From: the human T2T-CHM13v2.0 reference genome, Homo sapiens
NCBI RefSeq assembly: GCF_009914755.1
Contig: NC_060937.1
Strand: one strand, 5' to 3'
DNA length: 64,000 bases
In this document: positions 49,672-64,000 of the stretch, piece after piece
How the letters are laid out: every line of letters starts with the position of its first letter
How positions within the stretch are numbered: the stretch's first letter is position 1
Notes under the pieces: model-generated
Database searches by the model: none
Told to the model about the DNA's origin: nothing
What the model saw: the letters and a program-made list of their open reading frames with translations, nothing else
Program-made: the position numbers and the translations under genes

Positions 49672-50139
49672 TGTGAGTATTTTATAAATGAGGCAAAGAT
49701 GGCCTCTGTGTATTGACCCCAAGTTGTTAATTTCTTCCCCAGAGGCTGAGAACTGTTAGCACAAAAGCCCACCAAGTGCCAAACTCAAATTTCCTCCATA
49801 TTCAGTTATTTCAAAAATAGCACAAACAAGCAGATTTTTAGCTACTTAGAACTACGCTGCTTCTGCCCTTGGGACGGATCCAGAGACTCCCCACAGTGCT
49901 GCCAAGTGGATATCGGCAGACACCTAAGCCCCTGGTCCAGACTGCCTCGCCCCCAGAGGCTTCTTTGCCCTCTACCGCCTCCGTGTTGGGACATCTGTGC
50001 CATTCATTGGGACAGACTGCTACTGTTAGGGACTTCACCCACATGCACACCCATCCAGCCATCACCCAGTAAAGCTTGTGTGTGCTATTGCTTCTTGGCA
50101 TATCTTTTCTTTTATCAGTTCCCCAAACCTCTCCCTACA
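49672..50139 (+). mobile_element. ERVL-class solo LTR (possibly LTR47-like; subfamily uncertain)
   Basis: TG...CA termini, perfect 5-bp TSD 'agagg' (49667-49671 and 50140-50144), and 'agtaaa' polyA-like signal near the 3' end. Confidence 0.8.
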
Positions 50140-50144
50140 AGAGG

Positions 50145-50735
<591 letters not shown>

Positions 50736-50739
50736 AATA

Positions 50740-51830
50740 GGTAAGGTTGAAGAAGCAGCAGAAGATAGTTTGTGAAGGAACTTGCATATTATGCTAAGAT
50801 GTTGGGATATTATCTTTAAGGACAGTAAGCAGGGGAGGGACATGCTTCCCTTTATGTTTTAGGAGGTTCACTCTGGCTGCAGTGTGGAGAATGAGTTGAA
50901 AGGAGCAACGATGGAGGTAGAGGTGCTGTTGTCATAATGAAGAAAAGTAGTGCTGAAGACTAGGGGGAAGGAGATGCAGGGTATAGAGCTTGGTGGTCAG
51001 TTGGAGTTTGGCAGGTGGGTGGGTAAAAAATGAAGAGTCAAAGTAACTCCAAGACTTTTGGTTTGGGTGTCTAAAAATTATTGTTGTCATTATCCTTGGC
51101 AGAGAAAATAAAGGGAAAGAGCTGATGAGGTGAGAAGGATGAGAGTTTCAGCTTAGGGTAAAGTGGTTTTCATAGGAACAAGGTGGTGAGGCTTTTGGAG
51201 TGAATTAATCCTCTTAGAAGAGTAGGCAAAGTAGCCAGGTATGGTGGTTCACACCTGTAATCCCAGCGAGACAAGAGGGTCACTTGAGGGCAGGTGTTGG
51301 AGACCAACCTGGGAAACATAGAGACCTTCATCTCTACCAAAAGTTTAAAAATTACCCTGTTATGGTGGCACCCAAGTAATCCCAGCTACTTGGGAAGCTG
51401 AGGTGGAAGAATTGCTTGAGCCCAGTTTGACGGTGCAGTGAACTATGATCTTATCACTGCACACCACTCCAGCCTGGGCAACAGAGCAAGGCCCTGACTC
51501 AAAAAAAAAAAAAAAAAAAAAAAAAAGGAGCAGAAGATTGTAGAAAGTAAGATGTTAAGAAGACTGAGGACTGAAGATAGAAACTTCAGCAACACTGGGA
51601 TCTAAGAAACCTGCAGAAGACGGCCAAGAATCCACAAATGAGGCTGGGAAGAAAGAATGTGAGAAGTTGGGGAAAACTCAGAATAGAGTGCTGTTGTGTG
51701 AGCCAAAGGTAGAATATTTCAAAAAAAAAGAGCAATGATCAGCAACAAGTCAAATGCCACAGAGTTCACATCACAGAAGGACTGGGAGTTGTCCTGGAAT
51801 TTTAGCAGCCTTGAGAGCATCTGGACTTCT
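50740..51830 (-). mobile_element. L2 fragments split by an Alu
   Basis: 'gttttaggaggttcactctggctgcagtgtggagaat', 'agagtgctgttgtgtgagccaaagg' and 'gtcaaatgccacagag'. Confidence 0.65.
51233..51526 (+). mobile_element. AluJ (diverged, with deletions) with an A26 tail
   Basis: 'ttgcttgagcccag', 'gcagtgaactatgatc' and 'cagagcaaggccctg'. Confidence 0.9.
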
Positions 51831-52939
51831 TTGAAAGAGATAGAATTCATTTCTCTGATTACATTACCTAGAAATAGACATTACATGATTAACATTCATG
51901 AGCAATGATGAGGCATATGAATAATTATTAGAAAATTGTGCAATTTAAATGGTTATGTCAACTAAGTGATACAAATATGATGATAAATTTATAGATGCAT
52001 TGCCTCTGAGAAAACAGCACTAAACATATCTGAACTTTGCATTTGACCTGGTGAATTTAAAACCCCATGGAGATCCCAGATAATATGGAAAATATGTATA
52101 ACTTTAGTTCATATGAATTCCTATGTGCCTAATGATGATTTGTGTTTGAAAGAAAAAATGTGTTGGAAAGAAAAAAAGACTTTTCCACCAGAATTCATAA
52201 GGTTTTATGTCAGTATACATAATAGTTGTTGCTATAGAAATTTTATTTGTTTTACTAAAGTGATTTTCAACATTTTACATTTACGCAATAAAAGCTGCTA
52301 TAATGGGTTTTCTTCCTAATACCTTTACTGCATTAAAGTATTTACATATAGTCATATTGTATGTTTTTCTTCCTAAAGAACAGTATGTAGATACCGTCCC
52401 AAAATAATACCTTATTATTAGTTTCTAATTGTTTTATTTCTCACTCAGAATTTGGCTATCATAAATATTGTCTTTGCACTTGAGAAAGTTAACTGGATTG
52501 TATCTATATGTCAGTTAAAAACTACTTTTGAGTTCTTATTTTTTCTTCAGGGAGAAAAAATGTAATCATATAATCTAGAAAGAACAAACCAGATGGGATT
52601 GATAGACAATTACTGGGGCAAATATTTCTAATGTCTGACTGGAATATCCTTCCTCTTCACTCTCCAGCTCAATTCCTCATTCTTTAACTGGCAAATCTTT
52701 ATTCTTTAAAACAATAGTACCATCCTGTTTGTGCGGTAGCGTCAGCCCTGTTTTGCCCAGGCAGTATCCATTGCCCTGTTCTTATCTCCGGTATAGGACA
52801 TTCACCCCATTGTTTGTTGATGTCTATTTGAGTTCCTTTAAGTTGTGATCACTTTGAGGGTGAAAAGTGACATCTTTATATTTGCAAAGGGCAGAAAATG
52901 TTATCATATGTTTGTTGTACAATAATATTTTTAAGTTAC

Positions 52940-53085
52940 TAGTGATTAATTTCACTTTTCTAATCCTAATCATACAATTAGGTAGGCAGGCTAGATTATC
53001 TCCGTTTTACAGATCAAGAAACTGATGACCAGAATACACCTCTGGCAGACGTGGAAAACCATGCTCTGATTCTATTTCTACCACA
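52940..53085 (-). mobile_element. MIR
   Basis: 'ttatctccgttttacagatcaagaaactga'. Confidence 0.7.
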
Positions 53086-53249
53086 GGATACAAACAATCT
53101 TTTAGTAGTTGTCTGATTACATTGTGATATCAATGTTATTCTTACGAACTGTTCTTTATACTTCTTTTATTGGAAATTCTCATTAGAATTTCTTGACCAC
53201 TGTGATTTTCTTTTTATTTTCGCTTCCCATTTCCACCAAGGATTTTATC

Positions 53250-54001
<752 letters not shown>

Positions 54002-54122
54002 CTACAATGGAAAACCAGTTTCACAGAATCCTTCCCTTTGAAGCTTCGTGTCCAGACATTCCATCATCGAATCTACTTTCTTTTTTTTTCTTTTTTTTAG
54101 TGAGTGGATGAGACTGGGTAAC

Positions 54123-54691
54123 TGTAGTGAAGGCTGCGATGTGCCAGTTAGGTTCCCTCCTTCCCCTGAATAGGACAACTGCTCTCAGCTGATTCTGGCG
54201 GAGAGTTTCCTTGGCTGAAAAGAGCCACCTGGATGAGGTCATGCCCCCTTCTGGGACAAACTGCATTCAATGACTGTTGTGAAGGGGTCCAAAGGCCTGG
54301 CTCCTCCCTTCCCAAATGGGGGATGATTCTGAAGGGTCATGTATCTCCAGAGCTCCCTCTAGAATGGGCCTAGTGAGACCTTTGCTGTAATTGCAACTTC
54401 CTTTTCTGTGGAGTGTTTCTTCACTTCCCATGGTAGTTGATCCTGAAAGTACTTCCAAGTAGAGTGCCACGTAAAACACAATTAAATTAGAATTTCAAAC
54501 AAATAATTTTTAGTAGAAGCATGTCCCAAATATGACATGGGACATAAAATATACTAAAAAAATTTATTGTTTATCTGAAATTCAAATTTAACCAGGCATC
54601 CTGAATTTTTGTTTGCTAAATGTGGCAAACCTCCCCTAGCACACAAATATCTGTCTCAGAGTTTACTTCCCAGGTAACCCAACCTACAACA
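54123..54691 (+). mobile_element. LTR16C-like ERVL LTR with a MER53 insertion
   Basis: 'ggctgaaaagagccacct...ggtcatgcccc', 'caatgactg', 'ctccagagctccc', and end 'aacccaacctacaaca'. Confidence 0.8.
54460..54632. mobile_element. MER53 palindromic hAT MITE
   Basis: Inverted arms 'tttttagta...atgtccca / tgggacat...tactaaaaa', plus 'gtttatctgaaattcaaatttaac' and end 'tggcaaacct'. Confidence 0.88.
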
Positions 54692-55132
54692 GCAGGTCCT
54701 TATGATAGTTAATGACAGCCAGGACTACAGCTAGGGTGGGCTGAATCATACATAACCCTTTCTGAGTCCTCTACACACTGCCTTCTGTGATGTCAGGTAG
54801 GAAAACAACAAAGGACAATGGGGTGATAATGAGTAGACAAATATTCACTAGTTTGAGGATACCTGAGATTGGGGAAATCTGTCATGTTAGGTATGAAAGT
54901 GACACTATCACTCATTTCAAAAACATCCTTGGAGCTGCATGAGGCATATGTGAAGAGTGTTAAACATAAGAGTGTACAGAGCATTTAATATAACTTGCCC
55001 AAACTTCATAGCTTTAGAGCAGGGCAGAATGTTGTAATTGCTTTTACTGTCACTATCTACACTAGTTATACCAAGAAACAGTAGAGCTTGGTGATCATTT
55101 AATTTTTAGCATGCAACAATAAAAGCATTATT

Positions 55133-55263
55133 ATGTTTTAAAATTGTTTTAGAGATGAGGTCTTGCTATGTTTCCCAGGCTAGACTCAAACTCTTGAGCT
55201 CAAGTAATCCTCCCACTTCAGCTTCCTGAGTTGACTACAGGCTCACAGCACTATACCCAGCCC
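55133..55263 (-). mobile_element. FLAM (free left Alu monomer)
   Basis: Single monomer 'gagatgaggtcttgctatgtttcccaggct...gctcaagtaatcctccc'. TSD 'aagcattatt'. Confidence 0.88.
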
Positions 55264-56358
55264 AGAAGCATTATTTTATCTGTATGAAATAGAACACAAA
55301 AAGTTTAGGGATTCTAGTTCTACTTTTGCTTACCTTTTAAGTGCTCTGGCACTTTGAGAAACATAAAATATGGCAGCATGCTACTGGAGGTTCCACCAAT
55401 GATTAAAGACCTTGCTAAGAGGTCATAGACTGAATATATATTAAGGAACATCTCACCTTTCCAGGAAGGCTTTTTGCTGGTGGTTTCTGTTACTCTGAAG
55501 AATGGGGATGGGACAAGGGTAGGAAAGGGATATTGAAGTATGATGGGAGTAATAATACTTTCTGATTTCCAACATGTAAAAACTGAATTACTCTTTTAAT
55601 ATTTTACAAGAAGAGCCAGGACATATATTCAATAAAATAAATGTACTCCATTTTTTCTTCCTGAAGCTAGATTTAAAAAAAACTGTGGAATCAAATGTCT
55701 CTGGTATGCTGTCTTTTACACATCTTCATGTCACAGAGTTCAATAAATTGCCCATAATGACAGCCTTTATGATTTTAATGTCTGTGTAAACATTCCTTTG
55801 GAAGCTTTCTCAAGAGTATCTTTCAACATATGTTAATGTTTGCCAACAGAAAAAAAGAACAAATTATTTAAAATAACATATTTGGATCTTAATTCCCCTT
55901 GTTATCTTTGACAATGACACTTGTAAAAAAAAGAAATCCCAGTGTAACAAATGACTTGAGTTGTGTATGAGTTAAGGGCCCAGTTATGAGCTTCATTCTA
56001 AACCTAAATAATAATAAATAATGTTTTATTTAATTACGTCGTTGGTAATACTTATTTCTAGAAGTAGTTTTCTATGAGTTTCTGTATTCAACTTGGCATG
56101 TGGAAATAAATCTGAGATTATTATTTTCTCAATTTTTATTAGGTGGTTTTTCAAACTAAATGAGGCAAGAATCACATTTATAACCCTTGAATACTGTTTA
56201 GCTTCCTTCTGGACCAAGTAAGCCCATTTATTTAACTACATAAATGGGAAACAGCTTCAAGTATTAACTTTTTGCTTGTTAAGTGTTAGGACTTGACTGC
56301 AGAGAATTGTTCCATCCAGAACTTTAGAGAACAGTGTAATCTATCACAGTTAGACAGA

Positions 56359-56410
56359 TGTGTGTGTGTGTGTATATATGTGTGTGTGTGTGTATGTACA
56401 TACACACACA
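56359..56410. repeat. Compound (TG)n/(TA)n/(CA)n alternating purine-pyrimidine tract
   Basis: 'tgtgtgtgtgtgtatatatgtgtgtgtgtgtgtatgtacatacacacaca'. Confidence 0.9.
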
Positions 56411-57469
56411 CTTTTATTAAAGAAAAACAAAAATCACTTGGTGAATATTTTCAAATCCCTAGAAGTGAGAGAATTCTATGGGAATTATCTGCTCTGAAAA
56501 CTCAATATGTTTAAGCTACACAGAATTGCTAAATACTTGTCCATCAAGATTAGTTTTCAGACAGGGTAATGGTCTTAGCCAATACTATGCACTATGTTTC
56601 ACAAACTAATACATACAACGAACCATGCCAATTACAACTTCCGGCTAAGTGAATCAGTGCATCCTGTCTTCAAAGTAAACACTTTATGTATCTATTTTCA
56701 ACATGTGTGGAGATTCATAACACATATATCCCTTCCTGTAAACCCTATGATTAGTAATAAAAACCGTTTTTTCCTGTAATATAACAATATAGGAGTTAAT
56801 ATAAACTCTTTAGCACAAAAACAGACGAATCTACACATTGTATTTTTCAAGGCACATAGAAAGCACTCGCCAGTCAACGTGGATGAGATTAGTTTATTTC
56901 ATTAAAACAAAAGAGAATACTTTATTCTCCCAAATCAATGACCAAGATGTATTTATTTGAGGTATGTGGCACAAATCCTTTTTTTCATTTTTTTTTTTTT
57001 GGTGCATACCAATAAGATATCTGAGAAGGCATTTTATTTTGATGGAAGTAACAATTTAAACTAGAAACAGGGGAAATAGCTGAAGATTGAATTGAACTTA
57101 AAAAACAGTAAGGAAATATTGTAAATGATTCATTTTCACCTTGACAAGGAGGAGGAACGTCTGTGGAAGATGTGGTAGAGTGCTTTCATCCTAGATGCCT
57201 GCATTCTGGAGAGTGACTTCCAGGCAACGCTACTTGTTTGGTGTGCAGGGTATGAATGAACAGCAGAGTGCCTCCTGCATTTGGTGCCAGAAGAAACTCT
57301 TAAATGCTTCAAGGTCCTGAGTGAAAAAAAAACGTCTTATACAGAGAAACTAGTTAATGTTAAGAACTGTCCTTTATACAGAGATTCTGATCTTTTTAGT
57401 GTTTGGTACGATATATGATTCCTTTTATGAAATGAAGGTTACAGTACATGGGAGGGTGCTTGTGTGTAT

Positions 57470-57575
57470 TTTCTTCTTTTCCTCCTCCCTTTTCTCATCC
57501 TTCTCCTTCTCCTTTTTCTTCTCTATCTCCTTCTCCTTTTTTCTTTCTGCTTCTTTCCTGTTTTTGTTTGTTTTT
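57470..57575. repeat. CT-rich low-complexity polypyrimidine tract
   Basis: About 100 nt that are almost entirely C/T. Confidence 0.85.
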
Positions 57576-57699
57576 ATATGTCCTAAGATGACAAAATAGA
57601 AATTTATACTTCATGTAAGTTAGTTAACTGTTTTTCTTTTAATATTTTACTGGTTCATAATAGTTAAAAGCATGGGCACCTCTTGAGCTACTTCGAGGG

Positions 57700-57910
57700 C
57701 ATGGGTTTCTAATAAATCTTAGTAGGAATTATGGTTCTACGTCTAATTGGACGTATGGGCTTGAGCCTGTTACTTAACTGACAATTAGTTTAAAAAATAA
57801 AATAAATATACCTCCTTCTTAAAATTGAGCTGAGAAACAGATAAGATCATATGTTAAAGCATGTAGCAAGGTGAGTGGCTCAAAGTAGATTATCAGCATG
57901 TTTAGTTTCC
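57700..57910 (+). mobile_element. MIR fragment
   Basis: 'ttgagcctgttacttaac' and 'ataagatcatatgttaaagc'. Confidence 0.55.
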
Positions 57911-58174
57911 CTTCCTTCTTTTGAATGGCACAGGAAACAATGCATTTCTTCCCCAGTCAGTGTGATCCTAAGTACAACTATACTACACAGAGGAATTCTT
58001 ACTGTAAACTGACTAATGGTCAAAAGCTGGATATTGTTTTCAGTTTAAATCCTGATTCAGTCCCTTCCTTGTTGCATAACCTTGAACAAGTTACGTTCTC
58101 AAAGCTCACCAGAGTTTTACTAGAGCTTACTGGTAAGTGGGGCAATAATAACACTCATTCATAGAATAAAAAAA

Positions 58175-58533
58175 TAATTTAGTCTAGCCAAATCAGAACA
58201 GGCTCTGTCTCCTTTCCAACCCACACCCTCTTTTGAGCAAACTACTCTTACTCCACTAACGTAGTTTTAGTGGGTGGAGCCAAACACCATCTTACCCCCA
58301 GGCTTCAAGAGTGGGCTTTTGTCTCAGGCTACCCAAATATGAGATTCTGTCATTCTGGCTGCAGGGATGCCCTGGAGTCCCAAACAGGGGCCCAGTTGTA
58401 CAACTCTCTGTGACTTGTTCTTTGTAGAGCCAGGGCTGCTAGGAAAATGTCTTCCGGACAAGTTTCCAAATGATGTGATTCTAGAGAAATTCTGTGTCTA
58501 TATTCTTTATAATCTGGATGAAGTCCCACACAA

Positions 58534-58576
<43 letters not shown>

Positions 58577-58700
58577 TGACAGTGATGGAGTCCCTGTTCT
58601 GGTTCAGTTCTGTGAACTAAAACATCATTCCAATAGTTCCTGTGTTTAAGCTAGTGCTCCCTGAGTTCTAGGCACTTATCCCTGAATGTCCAGAATGACC
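58175..58700 (+). mobile_element. Old MLT1 (J/K/L-like) LTR with a (GA)n tract, inside MIR fragments
   Basis: 'gggtggagccaa', (GA)n at 58533-58573, and 'gtttaagctagt'. MIR pieces flank it at 58020-58170 and 58700-58770. Confidence 0.5.
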
Positions 58701-58779
58701 CATTGCTTCCTATACTCGTTTTAGGAGTTACATAGTGTAATGCATCCATAGAGTAAGAGATGCTGGTTACTGGCAAAAT

Positions 58780-58960
58780 AGAAGAGTGTGATGATTAAGA
58801 GGAGGGACTTGGGGACAGACTGCCTGTGTTACATTCTCAGGTCTACCACTCACTAGGTTGTGTCTTTTGGCTACTTTATATATATTCTCACATTCTGCAT
58901 TTGTAAAACCATGTGTAATGATAGTATCTACCTCATGGTTTTGTTATATGAATTAAAAAT
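58780..58960 (+). mobile_element. MIR
   Basis: 'cagactgcctg', 'tctaccactcactag' and 'atagtatctacctcat'. Confidence 0.7.
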
Positions 58961-58964
58961 GTTT

Positions 58965-59710
<746 letters not shown>

Positions 59711-60841
59711 GAAACTTCAAAATGATGCTAATATTTGTAAAGTGCTTAGGCCCGTGACTGACATAATCATTTTGTGTATATTAATTACTAAAAATAAATA
59801 ATAATATAAAGACAACAAGCCAAATGGCTAGCACATTGTAAATACTCAAGGTATGCATTTCACTTACAGGAAATAGTTGGATGGTTTCACTTTAATATGA
59901 TGGCTAATTTAGAGGTGAAGGTGAAAAAATCATGAAAAGCTCTATAATTAAGAAACACTTGTAAAGTGACACTTTGAGCATTGTGTGAGAGAAGTCCCCT
60001 TTAAATTTTCTCAACTAAGTAAAGGAGATAATGGTGAAAAACTGCTTTCTAAACTAATAGACCTGACCTTTTCAAGAGAGAAACAACAGTAATATGAATA
60101 TGGCTCTTGGAAATGAGGTTTATTCACCTTGTAAAAAGGAAGGACTACCCTTATGCTACACGTGAAGGCAAGGATGGAAAGAAGAGAGCTAAGAGAAGTT
60201 GTAAGCTGAGTTTGTAGGTATAGGTGAAGTTGGGGAAAAATTCTGTAATTTAAATTAATTTTGAAAATATAGTACTATTGTAGCTAAATACAAAATAGGT
60301 GGAGTCACTTCTTATGCTCCTGTGGGGGCTAGCTACCTATCTTTCTTTGCAATTGTCTATATATATGAACCTGGCAACTACATACAGCTTACTTCAAGCT
60401 AGTCTCTTAAAAATAAAGCCAGTAGAGTAAGTATTACTTATTAAAGTAGAATTTGAAAATATGAAATGTCCAAATGGCTAGACTTATGAGTATGCTTAAC
60501 TTACACTTACTGATTTTGACTTGTTTTCAAAAACTCTGAAGCTAAGTGAAAAAAAAGTAAGATGAAAAAAACATTTATTTAAATATGAAAAGAGATGAGA
60601 CATTCCATCTCAACCCAAGACTAAAGAAAACAAGGGAACAATAAAAATAAGTGTATATAAAAAATAAAAAATAATTTGAAAGTAAATAAAGACTGTAGAT
60701 AAAACAATGTAATCAAAGATTATTGAGCTCTCTGAGGGATAAGAAAACTGGAGGGCAAGAGTGTTTGCTGGAGCTGGTATGAGAGGGCATTGTCCTTTGG
60801 AAGGTGCAATGCTGTACCATTATCTCCTTCTAGGGACTCAA

Positions 60842-61342
60842 TGTATTAGTTTCTGTTGCTGCTATAAAAAAAAACACAAACTTAGTGATTTTAAACAAAA
60901 CAAATTTATTATCTTATAGTTCAGGAAATCAGAAGTCCAAAATCTAGATATCAGTGGGGCTTTATTTTCTTCTAGGCTTCAGAGGGAAAATCTATTTCCT
61001 TACCTTTTTTCCAGCATCTAGAAGTAGCCTGAATTCTTTGGTTCATGGCCTGTGTCCATCTTCAAAGCTAGCTGTGGGCTTTCCAGATTTGTCTCTCACT
61101 GCTTCATTGTGACATTGCTCTTTGTGGTAAAATATCCTTCTGACTCCCTTTTATAAAGACCCGTGTGAATGCACTGGGAACACATTGTGCTCACCCAGAA
61201 AATCCAGGATAATCTCCCCGTCTCTTGATCTTTAATGAAATCACACCTGCAAAATTCCTGTTATGATGTAATGTAGTATATTCACAGGTGCTGGGGATTA
61301 AATCATAAACATGTTTCGGGGAACATTATTTAGCCCACCACA
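60842..61342 (-). mobile_element. MLT1C/D MaLR solo LTR
   Basis: 'tgtattagtttctgttgctgctataa', 'aatccaggataatctcccc', and end 'gcccaccaca'. Near-TSD ctcaa/ctcag. Confidence 0.88.
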
Positions 61343-61536
61343 CTCAGAGTTATCTTGCACTCAAATGTCTCTTAAAAATAAAAGTGTAGGATAGAAAAAC
61401 ACCTTTAGAGTAAAAATAAAGACTAAATATGAACATTCTCTGAAACATGTAATGTTACAATAGACTGAAGAGTCAAAAATACGTGACCTAATTTCCTCCT
61501 TCACTTGGTGCATGTAAACAAGGCAAATAAAACTAA

Positions 61537-64000
61537 GAGGAGCAAGATGGCCAAATAGAAGTCTCCACCAGTTGTCATCCGTGCAGGAACAGCAAGTTGA
61601 ACAACTATCCATACACACAAAAATACCTTCATAAGTACCAAAAATCAGATGAACAACCATATTACCTGGTTTTAACTACATATTGCTGAAAGGGACACTG
61701 AAGAGGGTAGGAAAGACAATCTTGAATTGCTGATGCCATCCCTCCTCAAGACCCCAGCAATAGTGACATTGTGCAGAGAGAGAATCTGTGCACTTGGAGG
61801 AGGAAAAGCATAGTGATTGGGAGACTTTGCATTCGAACCCTCTGCTGCCCTGTCACAGCAGAAAGCAACCCTGGACGAACACAGCCAGTGCCTGCAGAGG
61901 AGCATTTAGATCATCCCTAGCCAGAGGGGGATCACCCATCCTAGCTGTTGGAATCTGAGTTCCAGCAAGCCTTGTCATTGTGGGCTAAAGGGCTCTGGGG
62001 TCCTAAATAAACTTGAAAGGCAGTCTACGCCACAAGGACTCCAATTCTTAGGCAAGTCTTGGTGCTGTCCTGGGCTCAGAGCCAGTGGACTAGGAGGGCA
62101 CACAGTCCAGTGAGACACCAGCCAGGGCAGCCAAAGGAGCACTTGCATCACCTCTCCCCAAACCCCAGGCAATGCAACCTGCAGCTCCAGGAGAGGCTCC
62201 TTCCTTCAGCTTAAGGAGACGAGAGAGAAGAGTAGAGAGGACTTTGTCTTGCAACTTCAAATACCAGCTCAGCCACAATAGGATAGGGCACCAGGCAGAG
62301 TGCCTCCATTCCAGGCCCTGGCACCCAGAATAATTTCTAGACACACCCTAGGACAGAAGGGAACACATAGCCTTGAAGAGAAGGACCCAGTCCTGGAAGG
62401 GTTCACCACCTGCTGACTAAAGAGATCTTGGTCTCTGAATAGTCAGTAGTGGTGCCCTCACAGAGCTCACTATGGGACTTGGGTGAGACTCAGAGACATG
62501 CTGGCTTCAGGTGTGACCTAGCACATTCTCAGATGTGACCATGGGAAGATACTCCTTCTTCTAGACTCCTTCTTAAGAAAAAGAGAGGGAAGAGTAAAGG
62601 GAACTTAACTTCATCTTGAAGCATAGTTACCAACTCGACCACAATGGGATACCAAGTGGGCTCATGGGGTTCCTGATTCTAGGACTTGGCTCTTGGAGGG
62701 CATTTCTGAACCTGCCCTGGGCCAGAGGGGAGCCCACTAACCTGAATAGAGAGTCCCAGACCTGGAAGCATTCACCACAAGCTGACTGAAGCGACTTTGG
62801 GCCTTGAATGAACATTAGCAATAGCCAGGCAGAACTTTCCATAGGTCTGGAGCAGTGGTGGCCACGGGGAGAGACACTTCTACCTGTGGAAAGAGGAGGG
62901 AAGAGTGGGAAGGACTTTGTCTCGTGGCTTGGGTGCCAGTTCTGCTGCATGAGTCTAGAGCACCAGGTAGATTCGTAAGGTTGCAACTCTAGGCCCTGGC
63001 TTCTGGATGGAGTCTCTGGATCCACCCAGGACCAGGGGAAACTTGTCTCCCTGAAGGGAAGGACACAAGCCTTGCTTGCTTCACCACTTCCTGACTGTAG
63101 AGCCCTAAGGCCTTGAGTGAACAGAGGTTGTAGCTAGGCAGTGGTTACTGTGGGCCTTGGGCAAGACCTAGTACTGTGCTGGCTTTATGTTAACGCAGTG
63201 CCATCCCAGTGGTGGCAGCCACAGGGGTTCTTGTGTCACCCTTCTCCTAGCTCAGGCAGCTCAGCATAGAGAGTGACTCCATATGTTTGGGAGAAAGTAA
63301 GGGAAGAGAACAAGAGTCTCTTTCTGGTAATCCAGATAATTCTTTCAGATCTTGTCCAAGTCTACCAAGGCAGTACTTCTATGAGTCTGCAAGAGCCACG
63401 GCATTACCGGGCTTGTGGTGTCTCCTAATGCAGAATCCGCTGCAGTGACCAAAAACTTAGATCACAACACCCAAGTCCCTTCAAATACCTGGAAAGTCTT
63501 TCCAAGAAGGATGGGTACAAACAAGCCCAGACTATGGAGACTATAGTAAATAGCTAACACTTCAATGCCCAGACACTGACAAACATCCATGAGCATCAAG
63601 ACCATCCAGAAGAATATGATTTCACCAAATGAACTAAATAAGTACCAAAGGATCAATCATGCAGAGACAGAGATATGCGACCTTTCAGACAGAGAATTGA
63701 AAATAACTATTTTGAGGAAACTCAATGAAATTCAAGATAACACAGAAAAGTGATTCGTAATCCTATGAGATAAATATTACAAAGATATGGGAATAATTAA
63801 AAAGAGTAAAGCAAAAATTCTGAAGTTGAAAAATGCAATTGACATATGGAAGAATGCATCAGAGTCTCTTAAGAGCATAATTCATTAAGCAGAAGAAAGA
63901 ATTAGTGAGCTTGAAGACAGACTATTTGAAAATATACAGCCAGAGGAAGTATAAGAAAAAAGAATAAAAAAAGAATGTAGCACACCTATGAGATCTAGAA
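61537..64000 (+). mobile_element. L1M1/L1MA-type LINE-1 5'UTR and ORF1 start, continuing beyond the window
   Basis: Begins 'gaggagcaagatggccaaatagaag' (YY1-type core AAGATGGC). About 2 kb 5'UTR with internal repeats. Broken ORF1 starts at ~63565 and includes 'gcagaagaaagaattagtgagcttgaagacag'. Confidence 0.88.

Noticed and set aside
61672-63656. Antisense ORFs up to 132 aa as an ORF0-like gene
   Set aside because: They lie in a decayed old L1 5'UTR with no recognisable motif, and ORF0 is described for younger L1PA elements.

Overview
AT-rich primate (catarrhine/human-like, since it has AluY, AluS and AluJ) intronic or intergenic DNA made mostly of interspersed repeats. I found no recognisable host protein-coding exon, RNA gene or CpG island. 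The longer ORFs in the track are remnants of L1 ORF1/ORF2, Tigger1 transposase or L2 endonuclease, or translated Alu/LTR sequence. The main structure is a full-length Tigger1 DNA transposon (32242-42677) carrying three nested insertions: an AluJ, a full-length ~7.2 kb L1PA15/16-type LINE, and an antisense L1MA fragment that appears to carry a 3'-transduced flank. Other points of note are a MER41 solo LTR with an intact STAT GAS motif next to a MER4A1 LTR, a head-to-head inverted Alu pair 49 bp apart, a candidate non-coding/cryptic exon followed by a UG-rich tract and bracketed by inverted Alus, a MER53 hairpin MITE, and an L1M1-type 5' end running off the right edge. Repeat subfamily names come from my recall of consensus sequences, not from a search, and boundaries of old L2/MIR/L1M fragments are approximate. 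I see no solid evidence for a wholly new biological system; the findings are testable candidates.
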